From Leptolyngbyaceae cyanobacterium (GTDB lineage: Bacteria > Cyanobacteriota > Cyanobacteriia > Phormidesmidales > Phormidesmidaceae), in NCBI GenBank assembly GCA_050331235.1, contig JBHJHA010000011.1, positions 126,032-190,031 on the forward strand: a stretch of DNA of 64,000 bases. The letters are read 5' to 3'. Shown here piece by piece: positions 9,779 through 18,925 of this stretch; position 1 is the first letter of the stretch, and each line of letters begins with the position of its first letter. The notes under the pieces were generated by a model. The model saw nothing but the letters and a program-made list of their open reading frames with translations. It searched no databases and was not told the DNA's origin. The position numbers and the translations under genes were made by a program.

Positions 9779-10452
9779 TGACCGCAAAACTCAACAGTCA
9801 AGATTGTCAGTCAAAACTGGAGTGAAGTCTAGCCAATGGACTGGGGCTGAGGAAAACGGCCTCACGGCTTGCCATGCTTAGGAGTTGAATATGTCACGGG
9901 AAAAGTCTTTGTTCACTTGTCCCATGTGCTCAGCATAGACAACCATGCCGCCCCGAGCCGCCCGTTCTAGCTTGGCAATCGCGTTAGACGAGACTGAGCA
10001 GTCGTACGTGTTGATCTCAATCTGATCGCCAAATGTAGCAGCGCATTCCTCCACTCGGCGGTGCCACACACACGTCCAGACATCCAAATCAGCGGTAAAT
10101 CACCAATTGCACTTTGATCGGGCATCAGTTCCCCGAGATACTCTACGTCACCAATTTTATCCAATGAGGCCATTGAGTCGTCCCGGTTAATCTCAGCCCA
10201 CAAATACCGCGATCGACCGGAGTAAGCCAAGTCAGTTTGACTAAATTGCGTTCGGTTTCACCTTCACAGTGACTACGAACAACGATAGCTCTCGCACCAT
10301 CCCCAATTTGTTAATAACTGATACAGGATAGATGAGGAATTGCGTCTAAAGTAGGGTATCGACAGTCGCAAAAACGTTTAGCAATTTCCAATCGGTTCTC
10401 TAGTTCATCCTGATAAAAGCAGCATTCCTAATATCAGACGAGGATTCACAAT

Positions 10453-10881
10453 ATGACTTTATTTTCTAGCGACAGTGTACTAGTGCCTATGGACTTTTCC
10501 GATGATGCCATCAAAGCACTGAAAAACACTTTGGAATTCATAGACGATCCTCAGAAAATTCACGTTCTTAACGTTTTGCCATCGCTTGAGGCAACTGAAC
10601 CAGGGGTTATCTGGCAAACCGTTGACACCGACACTCGGGTCAAAAAAGTCGAAGAAACCTATCAATCGCACTTTCCCGAAGCCCCCTATCGGGACATGAC
10701 ATTTACTATTAAGATTGGCAACCCTAGCTCAGAAATCATCGACTATGCTAAGCAAAATGATATTGGTTTGATTGTTATTCCTTCCAGTGGCAAAGCTGGT
10801 TTATCAAGATTTTTTATGGGTTCTGTCGCCGAGAAGGTTGTGCGGTTTTCCCACTGCCCAGTGCTGGTTATTCGCGAATAG
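10453..10881 (+). CDS. Universal stress protein (UspA family)
   Basis: VLVPMDFS, GNPSSEIIDYA, IGLIVI and MGSVAEKVVRFSHCPVLVIR. Confidence 0.95.
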   Translation: MTLFSSDSVLVPMDFSDDAIKALKNTLEFIDDPQKIHVLNVLPSLEATEPGVIWQTVDTDTRVKKVEETYQSHFPEAPYRDMTFTIKIGNPSSEIIDYAKQNDIGLIVIPSSGKAGLSRFFMGSVAEKVVRFSHCPVLVIRE

Positions 10882-11522
10882 CCTGTAGCCTACAGTTCTG
10901 GTTGAAAGAACAGCATTTCTTCGGCAAATAGGGACGCTCTATAGGGTTGTTGCCAAGATCTTTGAGTTTGCCTAAAACAGACCTTACAAGTTCTTTTTTT
11001 TAGTATTTTCGACCAGCGCGACTGACTCATCATCTGGATCAGCCATTGCTATGAGCAGCTATCAGAGGCATTAGGCAACCTGATTTTTGCCCTGCATTTT
11101 CAGGCGCAAGAATTTTCTGAGTCGGCATTGCCGCCAATGCCCAACTTCTAAACTCAGATCAATATGGCTTTGCGAACAGTGGGGTGCTCTCTTCTCACTT
11201 TTTCACCTGCGTAGACGACGGGCATACAGTTGGCGATCGCCACAACCCGAACAGGATGCAACTCTCCACTGCTACCCCGCTAATTTCCCCGAGCTGCCTC
11301 TGTTGACATTCTCGCAAGTGGGCAAAGATAGACCTGTAGAAGACCACTAAATCACGACTTCTACCCATTTCGCCAGCCTTAATTTCGATACCCGCTCGGG
11401 TCGATTGAACCGGTATGTAGCTTTTGCATGGATGCTATCGACGTTAGCGTTTGTCGTTCAAAGTCGGAATTCCTAGGATCAAGACAGATCGAAAGACCAA
11501 AAATTTTTGACTGGAGCACATT

Positions 11523-11723
11523 ATGTTTTGGCTCTCTATATTGAATCTCGCACCAGAACTTGAGGAAATTTCCCAGGATGCATCCCCGTACGCATTCATC
11601 AAAAAGTTCTGGCGCTTTTGCAATACCTACGGTGAATATCAGTCGTTACCACCGAGTCAACGTCGTCAGTTTATCTGTACACAGACCCACGACTCAGCAG
11701 CGAGTCCCTCAGAGCCGTGCTGA
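11523..11723 (+). CDS. Small hypothetical protein (66 aa)
   Basis: ATG preceded by GGAG in an otherwise empty intergenic space, convergent with the symporter gene; no recognised family. Confidence 0.45.
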   Translation: MFWLSILNLAPELEEISQDASPYAFIKKFWRFCNTYGEYQSLPPSQRRQFICTQTHDSAASPSEPC

Positions 11724-11758
11724 AACATTGGCAACAACGGAGGCACGAGACGCGGGGT

Positions 11759-13354
11759 CTACTCAGATGAGCTGTTGGCCATGGCCATTTCTTCATGGGT
11801 TGGCATTTCCCCTGAGGTTAGTCGCCGCCAATAGTCTTTAAGGTCATCGGCAAGTTCATTTGACAAGATATAGCAGCCCAGCAGGTTAGGAAACGCCATG
11901 CCTAGCAGCATCAAATCGCTGAAGTCAATAATCAATCCTAAGCTGGTTAGCGTTCCTAAAAATGTACAAAAAACGTAAACGATTTTGAACACAATAGAAC
12001 TACGCTCACCAAACAGGTAGGTCCAGGCTTGGATGCCGTAGTAGCTCCAGGAAATGATGGTAGAAAAGGCAAATAAGCAGACTGCCAAGCTCAGCACAAT
12101 TGGAAACCAACCAATGACAGACTCAAACGCACTGGAGGTCATAGCAACCCCCGTCAGACCGTCGCCGCTATCTTGATAAACACCCGTAATGACGATCGCG
12201 ATCGCGGTCATATTGCAAATCAGAATGGTATCAATAAAGGGCTCTAGTAAGGCGACGATCCCCTCACGAATGTGCTCTTTGGTGCGAGCGGCCGAGTGAG
12301 CAATGGCAGCCGACCCCACCCCCGCTTCATTGGAAAAGGAACTGCGGCGAATCCCCTGAACAATTACGCCGACGATGCCGCCAGCGATCGCCGTAGGGGC
12401 AAACGCCTGGCTAATAATTGTGCCCACTGCCGCCGGTACCTGTCCTACGTTCACCACAATCACAAACAGGCAGGCAATCACGTAGATCGCCGCCATGGCC
12501 GGTACCAGCTTTTCCGCCACTGCGCCAATGCGGCGAATCCCCCCGATGATGACAAAGGCGGCTAGCGTCGCCAAAATCACCCCAAAGATCCAAGCCGGCA
12601 AGCCCGGAATTAGGCTGCTAATTGCCGCATAGGCCTGATTAGACTGAAACATATTGGCGCCGCCTAAACTGCCGCCTAAGCAGAGAATGCAAAACAGCAC
12701 CGCTAAACCTTGGCCCAAAGGCCGCATTCCCTTATCCGATAGCCCTTTGGTCAGGTAATACATCGGACCACCCAGCACCGTGCCATCGGCAGCGATGCGG
12801 CGATACTTTACCGCGAGGGAGCATTCAACAAACTTGGTCACCATGCCGCAAAAACCGGCCATGGTCAGCCAAAACATTGCCCCCGGCCCCCCCAATTGAA
12901 TCGCAACCGCGACCCCGGCAATATTGCCCAATCCAACTGTGCCCGACACCGCCGTGGCCAATGCTTGAAAGTGGGAAACCTCGCCTTCGTCGTTGGGATC
13001 ATCAAACTCACCCCGCACCACGTCGACGGCATGTTTAAAGCCGCGCAGATTGATAAAACCCATGCGGATAGTGAAAAAAATAGCGGCCACAAACAGCCAC
13101 AGTACAATAAAGGGAAATCCGTTTTCTCCTCCAACTTTAAAGAATAGGAGAGTCGCCATCACGTCAACGATGGGCTTGAAAAACGCATCTACGCCCGTGA
13201 CGGTATCATCTTGGGCCCACCCGGGCCAGGCGGCAAATATTAAAAACAGGCCGGTCAAGCCCATCATCCAAAGCGGGTTGCGAGGGTTAAGGATCCCCAC
13301 TAAATTGGTCGGCGAGGCAGTCATTCCTTGACTCTGCCTAAAATCTTTTCTCAT
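11759..13354 (-). CDS. Alanine/glycine:cation symporter (AGCS family)
   Basis: GEVSHFQALATAVSGTVGLGNIAGVA..GGPGA, GGPMYY, FSNEAGVGSAAIAH and EPFIDT. The start may be 13324. Confidence 0.95.
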   Translation of the reverse strand: MRKDFRQSQGMTASPTNLVGILNPRNPLWMMGLTGLFLIFAAWPGWAQDDTVTGVDAFFKPIVDVMATLLFFKVGGENGFPFIVLWLFVAAIFFTIRMGFINLRGFKHAVDVVRGEFDDPNDEGEVSHFQALATAVSGTVGLGNIAGVAVAIQLGGPGAMFWLTMAGFCGMVTKFVECSLAVKYRRIAADGTVLGGPMYYLTKGLSDKGMRPLGQGLAVLFCILCLGGSLGGANMFQSNQAYAAISSLIPGLPAWIFGVILATLAAFVIIGGIRRIGAVAEKLVPAMAAIYVIACLFVIVVNVGQVPAAVGTIISQAFAPTAIAGGIVGVIVQGIRRSSFSNEAGVGSAAIAHSAARTKEHIREGIVALLEPFIDTILICNMTAIAIVITGVYQDSGDGLTGVAMTSSAFESVIGWFPIVLSLAVCLFAFSTIISWSYYGIQAWTYLFGERSSIVFKIVYVFCTFLGTLTSLGLIIDFSDLMLLGMAFPNLLGCYILSNELADDLKDYWRRLTSGEMPTHEEMAMANSSSE

Positions 13355-13790
13355 ATGTCTGACTCAAATTTCTCTTACGAACAGATTCACCAGCATCGCA
13401 AACTTAAAAGCTGTCAACACAAGGATTTTTGCTCACCTGCTCTTTTAATCAACGGCGACCCAAAAACGGTTTAATACTTTTTGTGCTCCCTACGAAACAA
13501 TTAACCAGAGTCACGACTCAGTCGCTTTCCCTAAAAAACAGCTCGCTGACGCTGCGAGCACAGCTTCTCTCTAGGAATCTTTGAGAACGATTCCATAGAG
13601 AACTGGAGCCTCCGCAACTAACCCTCAACATGGATCAGCAAGCAAAGCAGCGCGTGAAAGAGTCAACCTTTTCCCTGCAGCTGAGTCGTTGGCAGCAACT
13701 AAACTATGGAGTTATAAATATCAATTTTTCGATGGTCCCACTGTTAATTTCGACACGTTAAATCGTACGAGCTTTCACAATCGAGAAACC

Positions 13791-14108
13791 TCAATGGGGT
13801 TGGCCCTCGGGCCAAATTTCGTCAATTTCTACAGCTTGCTGTGGTGCTGTAAAGAGCTCCCAGACAATCCCGTTGCAGTCAGTGTCTGCGGTCATCTGCT
13901 CAGCCGTGTCATCTTCCCATCCTAGATGACGCAGGTTGCCGGGTTGACATGCCAAATCTTGCCGCACCGAAAAGTTCAACGTGTCGGTACGCCACAGCGC
14001 ATAGGCCGCTGGTACAACGACCGTAGGTTCCATGCCCAGGCGTTGAGTGTAGTCTTCAATAGTGGCCGCCAAATCTTGGGTCGCGATCGCGATGTGAAAT
14101 CGTCTCAT
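13791..14108 (-). CDS. Small VOC/glyoxalase-like protein
   Basis: RFHIAIATQDL..TIEDYTQRLG, LRHLGWED and DCNGIVWE follow the VOC pattern. Confidence 0.75.
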   Translation of the reverse strand: MRRFHIAIATQDLAATIEDYTQRLGMEPTVVVPAAYALWRTDTLNFSVRQDLACQPGNLRHLGWEDDTAEQMTADTDCNGIVWELFTAPQQAVEIDEIWPEGQPH

Positions 14109-14111
14109 GGA

Positions 14112-14349
14112 TTAGTCGGGCTTCGTCACAGCAGTAGCAGGGGCCGCAATTACCTGCCAGCCGTCAGGGGTCGCCTGCCATACGCGAATAAACTGTAGCG
14201 TACTTTCAAACGATCACCGGACAAAGGTATCCACAATATGAGCAGTCACAAGGCTGCGGCTTGCCTTAAAGGTTGATCAACCAGTTGGGAAGCGTCATGG
14301 CATCGATGCTGATCTGACCGGGGCAATGGGTTTCAAGATCATCCTGCCG
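14112..14349 (-). pseudogene. DUF4440 / NTF2-like gene remnant (two in-frame stops and a frameshift)
   Basis: Manual translation gives RQDDLETHCPGQISIDAMTLPNWLINL*GK, a frameshift, then VTAHIVDTFVR*SFESTLQFIRVWQATPDGWQVIAAP...KPD*. This matches the family pattern DDL..H..G and F.RVW....GWQ.IA. Not in the ORF track. Confidence 0.7.
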
Positions 14350-14558
14350 TGGCAGTGCGGTCCTAGGCTGCCCCCATTCAGCCCCGCCGTGTCCTTATCA
14401 TAAAAGGGCTGATTACACAGGTCTAGCGCATGAAATCAGCCGGGTATAGCTCAACCCCGAGGAAAGTAGAAAGCTCTAGGTGAGCCAACTCGATAGTTGT
14501 TGGCATGATGCTTAGCCCTCTAAATCAAAAAATTGCATGGCGATCGCTACGCAGTCGG

Positions 14559-15941
14559 CTAAAGCCGTCGCGGGAAGCGTTGCCACAACCACTGCCAGAC
14601 CCACTCCACCCGGACTAGCAGCCAGTCAATGCCGCGCAGCAACCACATCAGCGGCGGATCCAGGTATTTTTCCGCCAAGACTTCAACATTGATCCAGTCC
14701 TCCGCAGCGGCTTTGACTGCGATTCCCGTCCCATCAGAGCGTAAAGCACGATTGCTCTGTGCCTGGGGTAGCGTCGTGACCGGCTCATTGAAGTCAGCAG
14801 CCAACCCCGCCCAGAGTAAGGGGGGTGTATTGCCATCTGCTGGAACGCCCTCAGGGTAATCAGTCTGCGGCAACACAGACAACATTGCCGGGTCAAACAA
14901 CCACTGACGAATGAGCAAGGTCCGGGCGGAAAAATAGGTCTGCAATGGCGACAGCCACGATCGCGGCGGCCGACAGTGTTCGCTGAGGCCGGGGCCAGAT
15001 GCCGCGGGGAGCAATGATCGCGGCGTTATGCCTCGCAGGAAACGCGGGGGCGATTGTCGTGACAACTTTAACCGAGTTTGCACCGTGATCCAGGCAGCAC
15101 GACATGATTGGAACCGGCGATAGTCAATCAGCCAGCTTCGCTGGGGCAGCAGCAGTGGTGGGGAGTCGATTCCTGGCTCCAGTGTTGGCAGTAGGTCCAA
15201 GGATGTCGATGCAGATTCCGCTCGCTCTAACCGATGCGCCGCAGTCGGTAGGCTGGACTGCAGCCAAGCGATCGCCGCCACCAATACCCGCATTGGCCAG
15301 CCAACGCAGGAAGGTCCCGCTGGTAATGGCTGAGTCGAGGGCGACGCAAGGGTTTGCCGTTGCCCCGGTGGGGACATCCGCAGGCAAGCGGCGATCGCCG
15401 CCGCGATCGCCGCTTGTTGCTGTGCCGACAAACAATCCAGTACCTGATTGGTAGTGCTGACCAAGATGACAGCTCGACTTTGGAGGCAGCTCGCGACCCC
15501 TTGAATTTGGATAGTGCCAGGCAGTTGTGAAGCGGTCACAACGGGGATGGGGATCGTTGTCGCCGCTGCCAAAGTGTGACGCTGACTCGAGTCCAGGGCT
15601 AAAATTTCCTCGGTCAAGGTAGTCCGAGGTATGACAGTAGCCAAGACCTGAACGATAGCCCAGTCAGCTGGCCAGATTGGGGGCATACGCCGCTCTGGAA
15701 TAGGGAGGATAAAGCCCAGGCGCTGTCGCCAGACCGTCGCTACCGCCTGAGCTTTATTCAGAGCTGTGCGGGTCGTTTGCCAGGCAGTATAGGCCGGATA
15801 AAGCGCCACTTGGGTCCACAGTAGCGCCGGCGCTCGACAAGAGCGGACATAACGCGCACCCGATACTTTGAGGCGGCGCCAGAGTCGCACCGCACGCATC
15901 ATCATCTGACTCTGAAAGGGGCGTGAGGGGGAGGCCATCAC
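14559..15941 (-). CDS. Hypothetical cyanobacterial protein
   Basis: 460-codon ORF with low-complexity middle, IQGVASCLQSR..ILV...NQVLD block and Trp-rich C-terminus (DWINVE....Y.DPPL.W.LRGIDW). Confidence 0.7.
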   Translation of the reverse strand: MMASPSRPFQSQMMMRAVRLWRRLKVSGARYVRSCRAPALLWTQVALYPAYTAWQTTRTALNKAQAVATVWRQRLGFILPIPERRMPPIWPADWAIVQVLATVIPRTTLTEEILALDSSQRHTLAAATTIPIPVVTASQLPGTIQIQGVASCLQSRAVILVSTTNQVLDCLSAQQQAAIAAAIAACLRMSPPGQRQTLASPSTQPLPAGPSCVGWPMRVLVAAIAWLQSSLPTAAHRLERAESASTSLDLLPTLEPGIDSPPLLLPQRSWLIDYRRFQSCRAAWITVQTRLKLSRQSPPRFLRGITPRSLLPAASGPGLSEHCRPPRSWLSPLQTYFSARTLLIRQWLFDPAMLSVLPQTDYPEGVPADGNTPPLLWAGLAADFNEPVTTLPQAQSNRALRSDGTGIAVKAAAEDWINVEVLAEKYLDPPLMWLLRGIDWLLVRVEWVWQWLWQRFPRRL

Positions 15942-16251
15942 GAGAGCTCACTGCTACCAAGGCCCCAATCCTATCAGATCAGTTGTCGCCAACTATTGGG
16001 CTTCGTTGCGATCGGTGCGACCCAGCGATCAGTAGGGTGGACAGGAGAGCAATATTCACACTAGGATCCAGAAACTGCGTCGAATTCTGCCGATAGCAGG
16101 TCAATCCCAGCTCATCAGAGCGGGGGCTGTATTTGCCAACAGATGTCAGTGCCATCTCAGGTTGACGCTGCGTCACCCAAATGCGCCGCGATCAACGGCG
16201 AAAGGATTGTAACGAAACGTCAGTATTCGCCCAACGACTCAATCGACTGAG

Positions 16252-16635
16252 CTATCTAAGGCTTGCGACCGCTTGAGCCTGACTGGGAAACGAGCAGTCC
16301 AGCACTAAGCAATCAGTCTTGGCGATGAAAGGACCATGGACTTCGCCGGGTGGGCGGCTGGCATAGTTGCCGGGCTGCAGCCACCGTTCAAACGCGCAAT
16401 CGTATAGCTGACCGGAAATAATGAAGATCTCTTCCGGAAAGCCATGCACCTGCGGTCCAAAGGCAGTCGTATCGGCCCCGGCATGAAACCGAGTCAGCCG
16501 GGTAAAGTCACCTGTCACAGCATCGACCGCGAGAAAAATCTGTTCGACCATGCCGTCCGTACCTTCTACGGCTGTCCAGCGGTGAACGTGCTGAGCAGAC
16601 AAAGGGTTCCAATAGGGGGTCGTCGTTTTTGCCAT
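16252..16635 (-). CDS. ChrR-like cupin domain protein
   Basis: TRLTRF..GADT, H.FPEEIFIISG.LYD and YASRPPGEVHGPF. Confidence 0.85.
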   Translation of the reverse strand: MAKTTTPYWNPLSAQHVHRWTAVEGTDGMVEQIFLAVDAVTGDFTRLTRFHAGADTTAFGPQVHGFPEEIFIISGQLYDCAFERWLQPGNYASRPPGEVHGPFIAKTDCLVLDCSFPSQAQAVASLR

Positions 16636-16674
16636 CGGATCACCAGTTTCGATTAGCCAGCCAACTCGGGAAAA

Positions 16675-17421
16675 TCAAGTTAAGTGAAGGCCACCATCAG
16701 CCAGCACAATTTCCCCGGTGAGATAGGAACTGGTAATGAGCATAGCGGCAATGTGGGCAATGTCTGCGGGCTGGGCGCTGCGCTGCATGGGCGATCGCGT
16801 TTTCCACAGATCGTGGGCTGCAGTCCACGTCTGGCTCATAGGGGTGTTGACCAGTCCCGGAGCGATGGCATTGACACGAATCTGGGGAGCCAAAGTCAGT
16901 GCCAGTAGTTGAGTCAGGTGATTGAGGGCAGCTTTGCTCACCGCATAAGGGATAGACGCGCCCTTAGGACGAAGGCCCGCATGGGAACTAATATTCAAAA
17001 TGCAGCTGGGGCAGTCGGGGCTGGCTGCCTGTCGCAGGCTAGCTTCTGCCTGGGTAATCAATGCCCAAGGGGCAATCACATTGACGTCATACAGAGCACG
17101 CCAAATGTCTGGGGGCGCCGCCGGTAGGTCAGCATGGGCGATCGCCGCAGTCATACCCGCATTATTCACCAGCACATCTAAGCGGCCATGGTGAGATAGC
17201 ACCGCGTCAATTAACTGCGAGGCTGCAGCCGTGTCAGCAAGATCAGCCTGGGTGTAAGAAGCGTCGGGGCAGCTCGCCGCCAAAGCCTCACCCACCGCCA
17301 CTGAAGACTTAGAGTGAAAGGCGATCGCAAATCCATCCGCAGCCAACTGCAGGGCGATCGCCCGACCAATTCCCGACGTGGACCCTGTAACCAGCGCGAC
17401 TCGCGGTGAGGGAGACCTCAT
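16675..17421 (-). CDS. Short-chain dehydrogenase/reductase (SDR)
   Basis: VTGSTSGIG, LVNNAG, NISS, YAVSK and IRVNAIAPG. ATG at 17421 is preceded by AGGAG; the ORF track extends to 17508. Confidence 0.93.
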   Translation of the reverse strand: MRSPSPRVALVTGSTSGIGRAIALQLAADGFAIAFHSKSSVAVGEALAASCPDASYTQADLADTAAASQLIDAVLSHHGRLDVLVNNAGMTAAIAHADLPAAPPDIWRALYDVNVIAPWALITQAEASLRQAASPDCPSCILNISSHAGLRPKGASIPYAVSKAALNHLTQLLALTLAPQIRVNAIAPGLVNTPMSQTWTAAHDLWKTRSPMQRSAQPADIAHIAAMLITSSYLTGEIVLADGGLHLT

Positions 17422-17430
17422 GTTAGTTTT

Positions 17431-17460
17431 CTCCTGACCAACCATCTCCTGACCAACCAT
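17431..17460. repeat. Perfect 15-bp tandem duplication (CTCCTGACCAACCAT x2)
   Basis: Read directly at 17431-17445 and 17446-17460. Confidence 0.9.
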
Positions 17461-17835
17461 AGCGATCGCGGCCACGATGGGAATAACCCTTACCATTCGT
17501 GCTGGCACTCGTTGCAGTGAAACCGAGGCGTCTCCGGAGACAAGTCACACCCTCCCAGGACAATCATCTGCCCATACGGTGGCTCCAGTCGCTCAACGTC
17601 ATCGTTTGGCAAACCATATTGAATGCTGGCCGTATTTTGGGCCCCGCACTAAGGACGAGGGCTTTGATGGATAGCGCCCCATTCGCGTTGCCGGGCTAAC
17701 TTTTCCGCCTGCCGCCGTTCGGCAGCTTGCTGAGCCCATCGGTGCTTTTTGCTGTGAATTCCCTTGACCATCGCAGATCTGAGGCATTAATTCTAAATTG
17801 TCGTGAAGCAAGTCAGCACGACAACCAATAGGGCC

Positions 17836-18243
17836 CTAATGGGCTGAGCTCGCTTCATATAGCTCAATCGGTAAGTCATCGGGGTCTTTGAAAAAGACAA
17901 ACCGCCGTCCGGTATATTCATCCGTTCGAATCTTTTCGACGGCGACATTAGCGGTCTCAAGTTTGTTGATCCACGGCTCAAGCTGCTCCACTGCAAAGGC
18001 TAGATGCCTGAGTCCCTGGGCCTCCGGTCGGGAGGGCCGGGGTGGCGGAGCGGGAAAGGAAAAAAGCTCGATTTGGGAACCGTCGGGTAGGGCTAAATCT
18101 AGTTTGTAAGACTGCCGCCCAGCCCGATAATTTTCGGCCACAATTTTGAGCCCTAAGATTTGGGTATAGAAATCCCGAGAAGTCTCATAATCTGAACAAA
18201 TGACAGCCACGTGGTGAATGCGGAGCAGATTAACAGGAGGCAT
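17836..18243 (-). CDS. VOC family protein (YaeR/glyoxalase-like)
   Basis: IHHVAVICSDY..S..FY..ILG, SYKLDL, IELFSFP.PP.RPSRPEA.GLRHLAF and DPDDLPIELYE. Confidence 0.92.
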   Translation of the reverse strand: MPPVNLLRIHHVAVICSDYETSRDFYTQILGLKIVAENYRAGRQSYKLDLALPDGSQIELFSFPAPPPRPSRPEAQGLRHLAFAVEQLEPWINKLETANVAVEKIRTDEYTGRRFVFFKDPDDLPIELYEASSAH

Positions 18244-18478
18244 GGTGTCGCGGACCAAATATCCCGACTGTAGCATCAGCGCACTGCATCAAGCAGAGAG
18301 ACGCGATCGCCTCGACCGGGTGCCGGCAGCAAGAATCCGACCGGAATAATGGGGTCGGGCCGTTGACTCGGCTGGCTGTTCAAGTATTTTTTCGCTATGC
18401 CGCAAGCGGCGGTGCCCGGCAGTCTTCGGGTACAGTCTTCTTGGACGCAAAAGCCGAACCATAAAAAGGGAGTAATTC

Positions 18479-18898
18479 GTGATTGTTATCCACCACAATC
18501 CTGACTGCGGCACATCACGCAACGTACTGGGCGTGATACGAGCGGCTGGGTACGAGCCCGTCGTGATCGAGTATCTCAAAACCGGGTGGACGCGACCTCA
18601 GCTGTTAGGCCTCTTTGCCGCCGCCGACCTGACAGCTCGCGCCGCCCTACGTGAAACCAAATCACCAGCTGCGGAGTTGGGTCTTTTGGAAATAGGGGTT
18701 GGCGAAGAGACAATCTTAGCGGCCATGTTGGAGCATCCAATTTTGGTCAACCGCCCGATTGTGTGTACGCCTAAGGGAGTTCAACTGTGTCGCCCCAGCG
18801 AAGCGGTCCTAGATTTACTTGATCAGTGGCCCGCTGGTCCCTACGCCAAAGAAGACGGTGAGCTTATCATTGACGCCGCAGGGCAACGGGTCGGCTAG
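18479..18898 (+). CDS. arsC: Glutaredoxin-dependent arsenate reductase (ArsC, R773 type)
   Basis: HNPDCGTSR catalytic loop, LR, NRPIV and CRP; GGGAG before the GTG start. Confidence 0.9.
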   Translation: MIVIHHNPDCGTSRNVLGVIRAAGYEPVVIEYLKTGWTRPQLLGLFAAADLTARAALRETKSPAAELGLLEIGVGEETILAAMLEHPILVNRPIVCTPKGVQLCRPSEAVLDLLDQWPAGPYAKEDGELIIDAAGQRVG

Positions 18899-18925
18899 AT
18901 GGTGGCAGACCCGACGGAAGCGCTG

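Noticed and set aside
9880..9938. AGGAG + ATG mini-ORF MSREKSLFTCPMCSA with CxxC
   Set aside because: Only 15 codons and antisense to a longer ORF; no other support.
11040..11155. Short frame EQLSEALGNLIFALHFQAQ resembling a MazG helix
   Set aside because: No start codon, bounded by stops, and the key acidic residues are missing; probably chance.
13360..13790. Glycine riboswitch upstream of the alanine/glycine symporter
   Set aside because: Hallmark segments (GGAGA, CCGAAG, CTCTCAGG) were not found on the minus strand; only two generic hairpins near 13541-13602.
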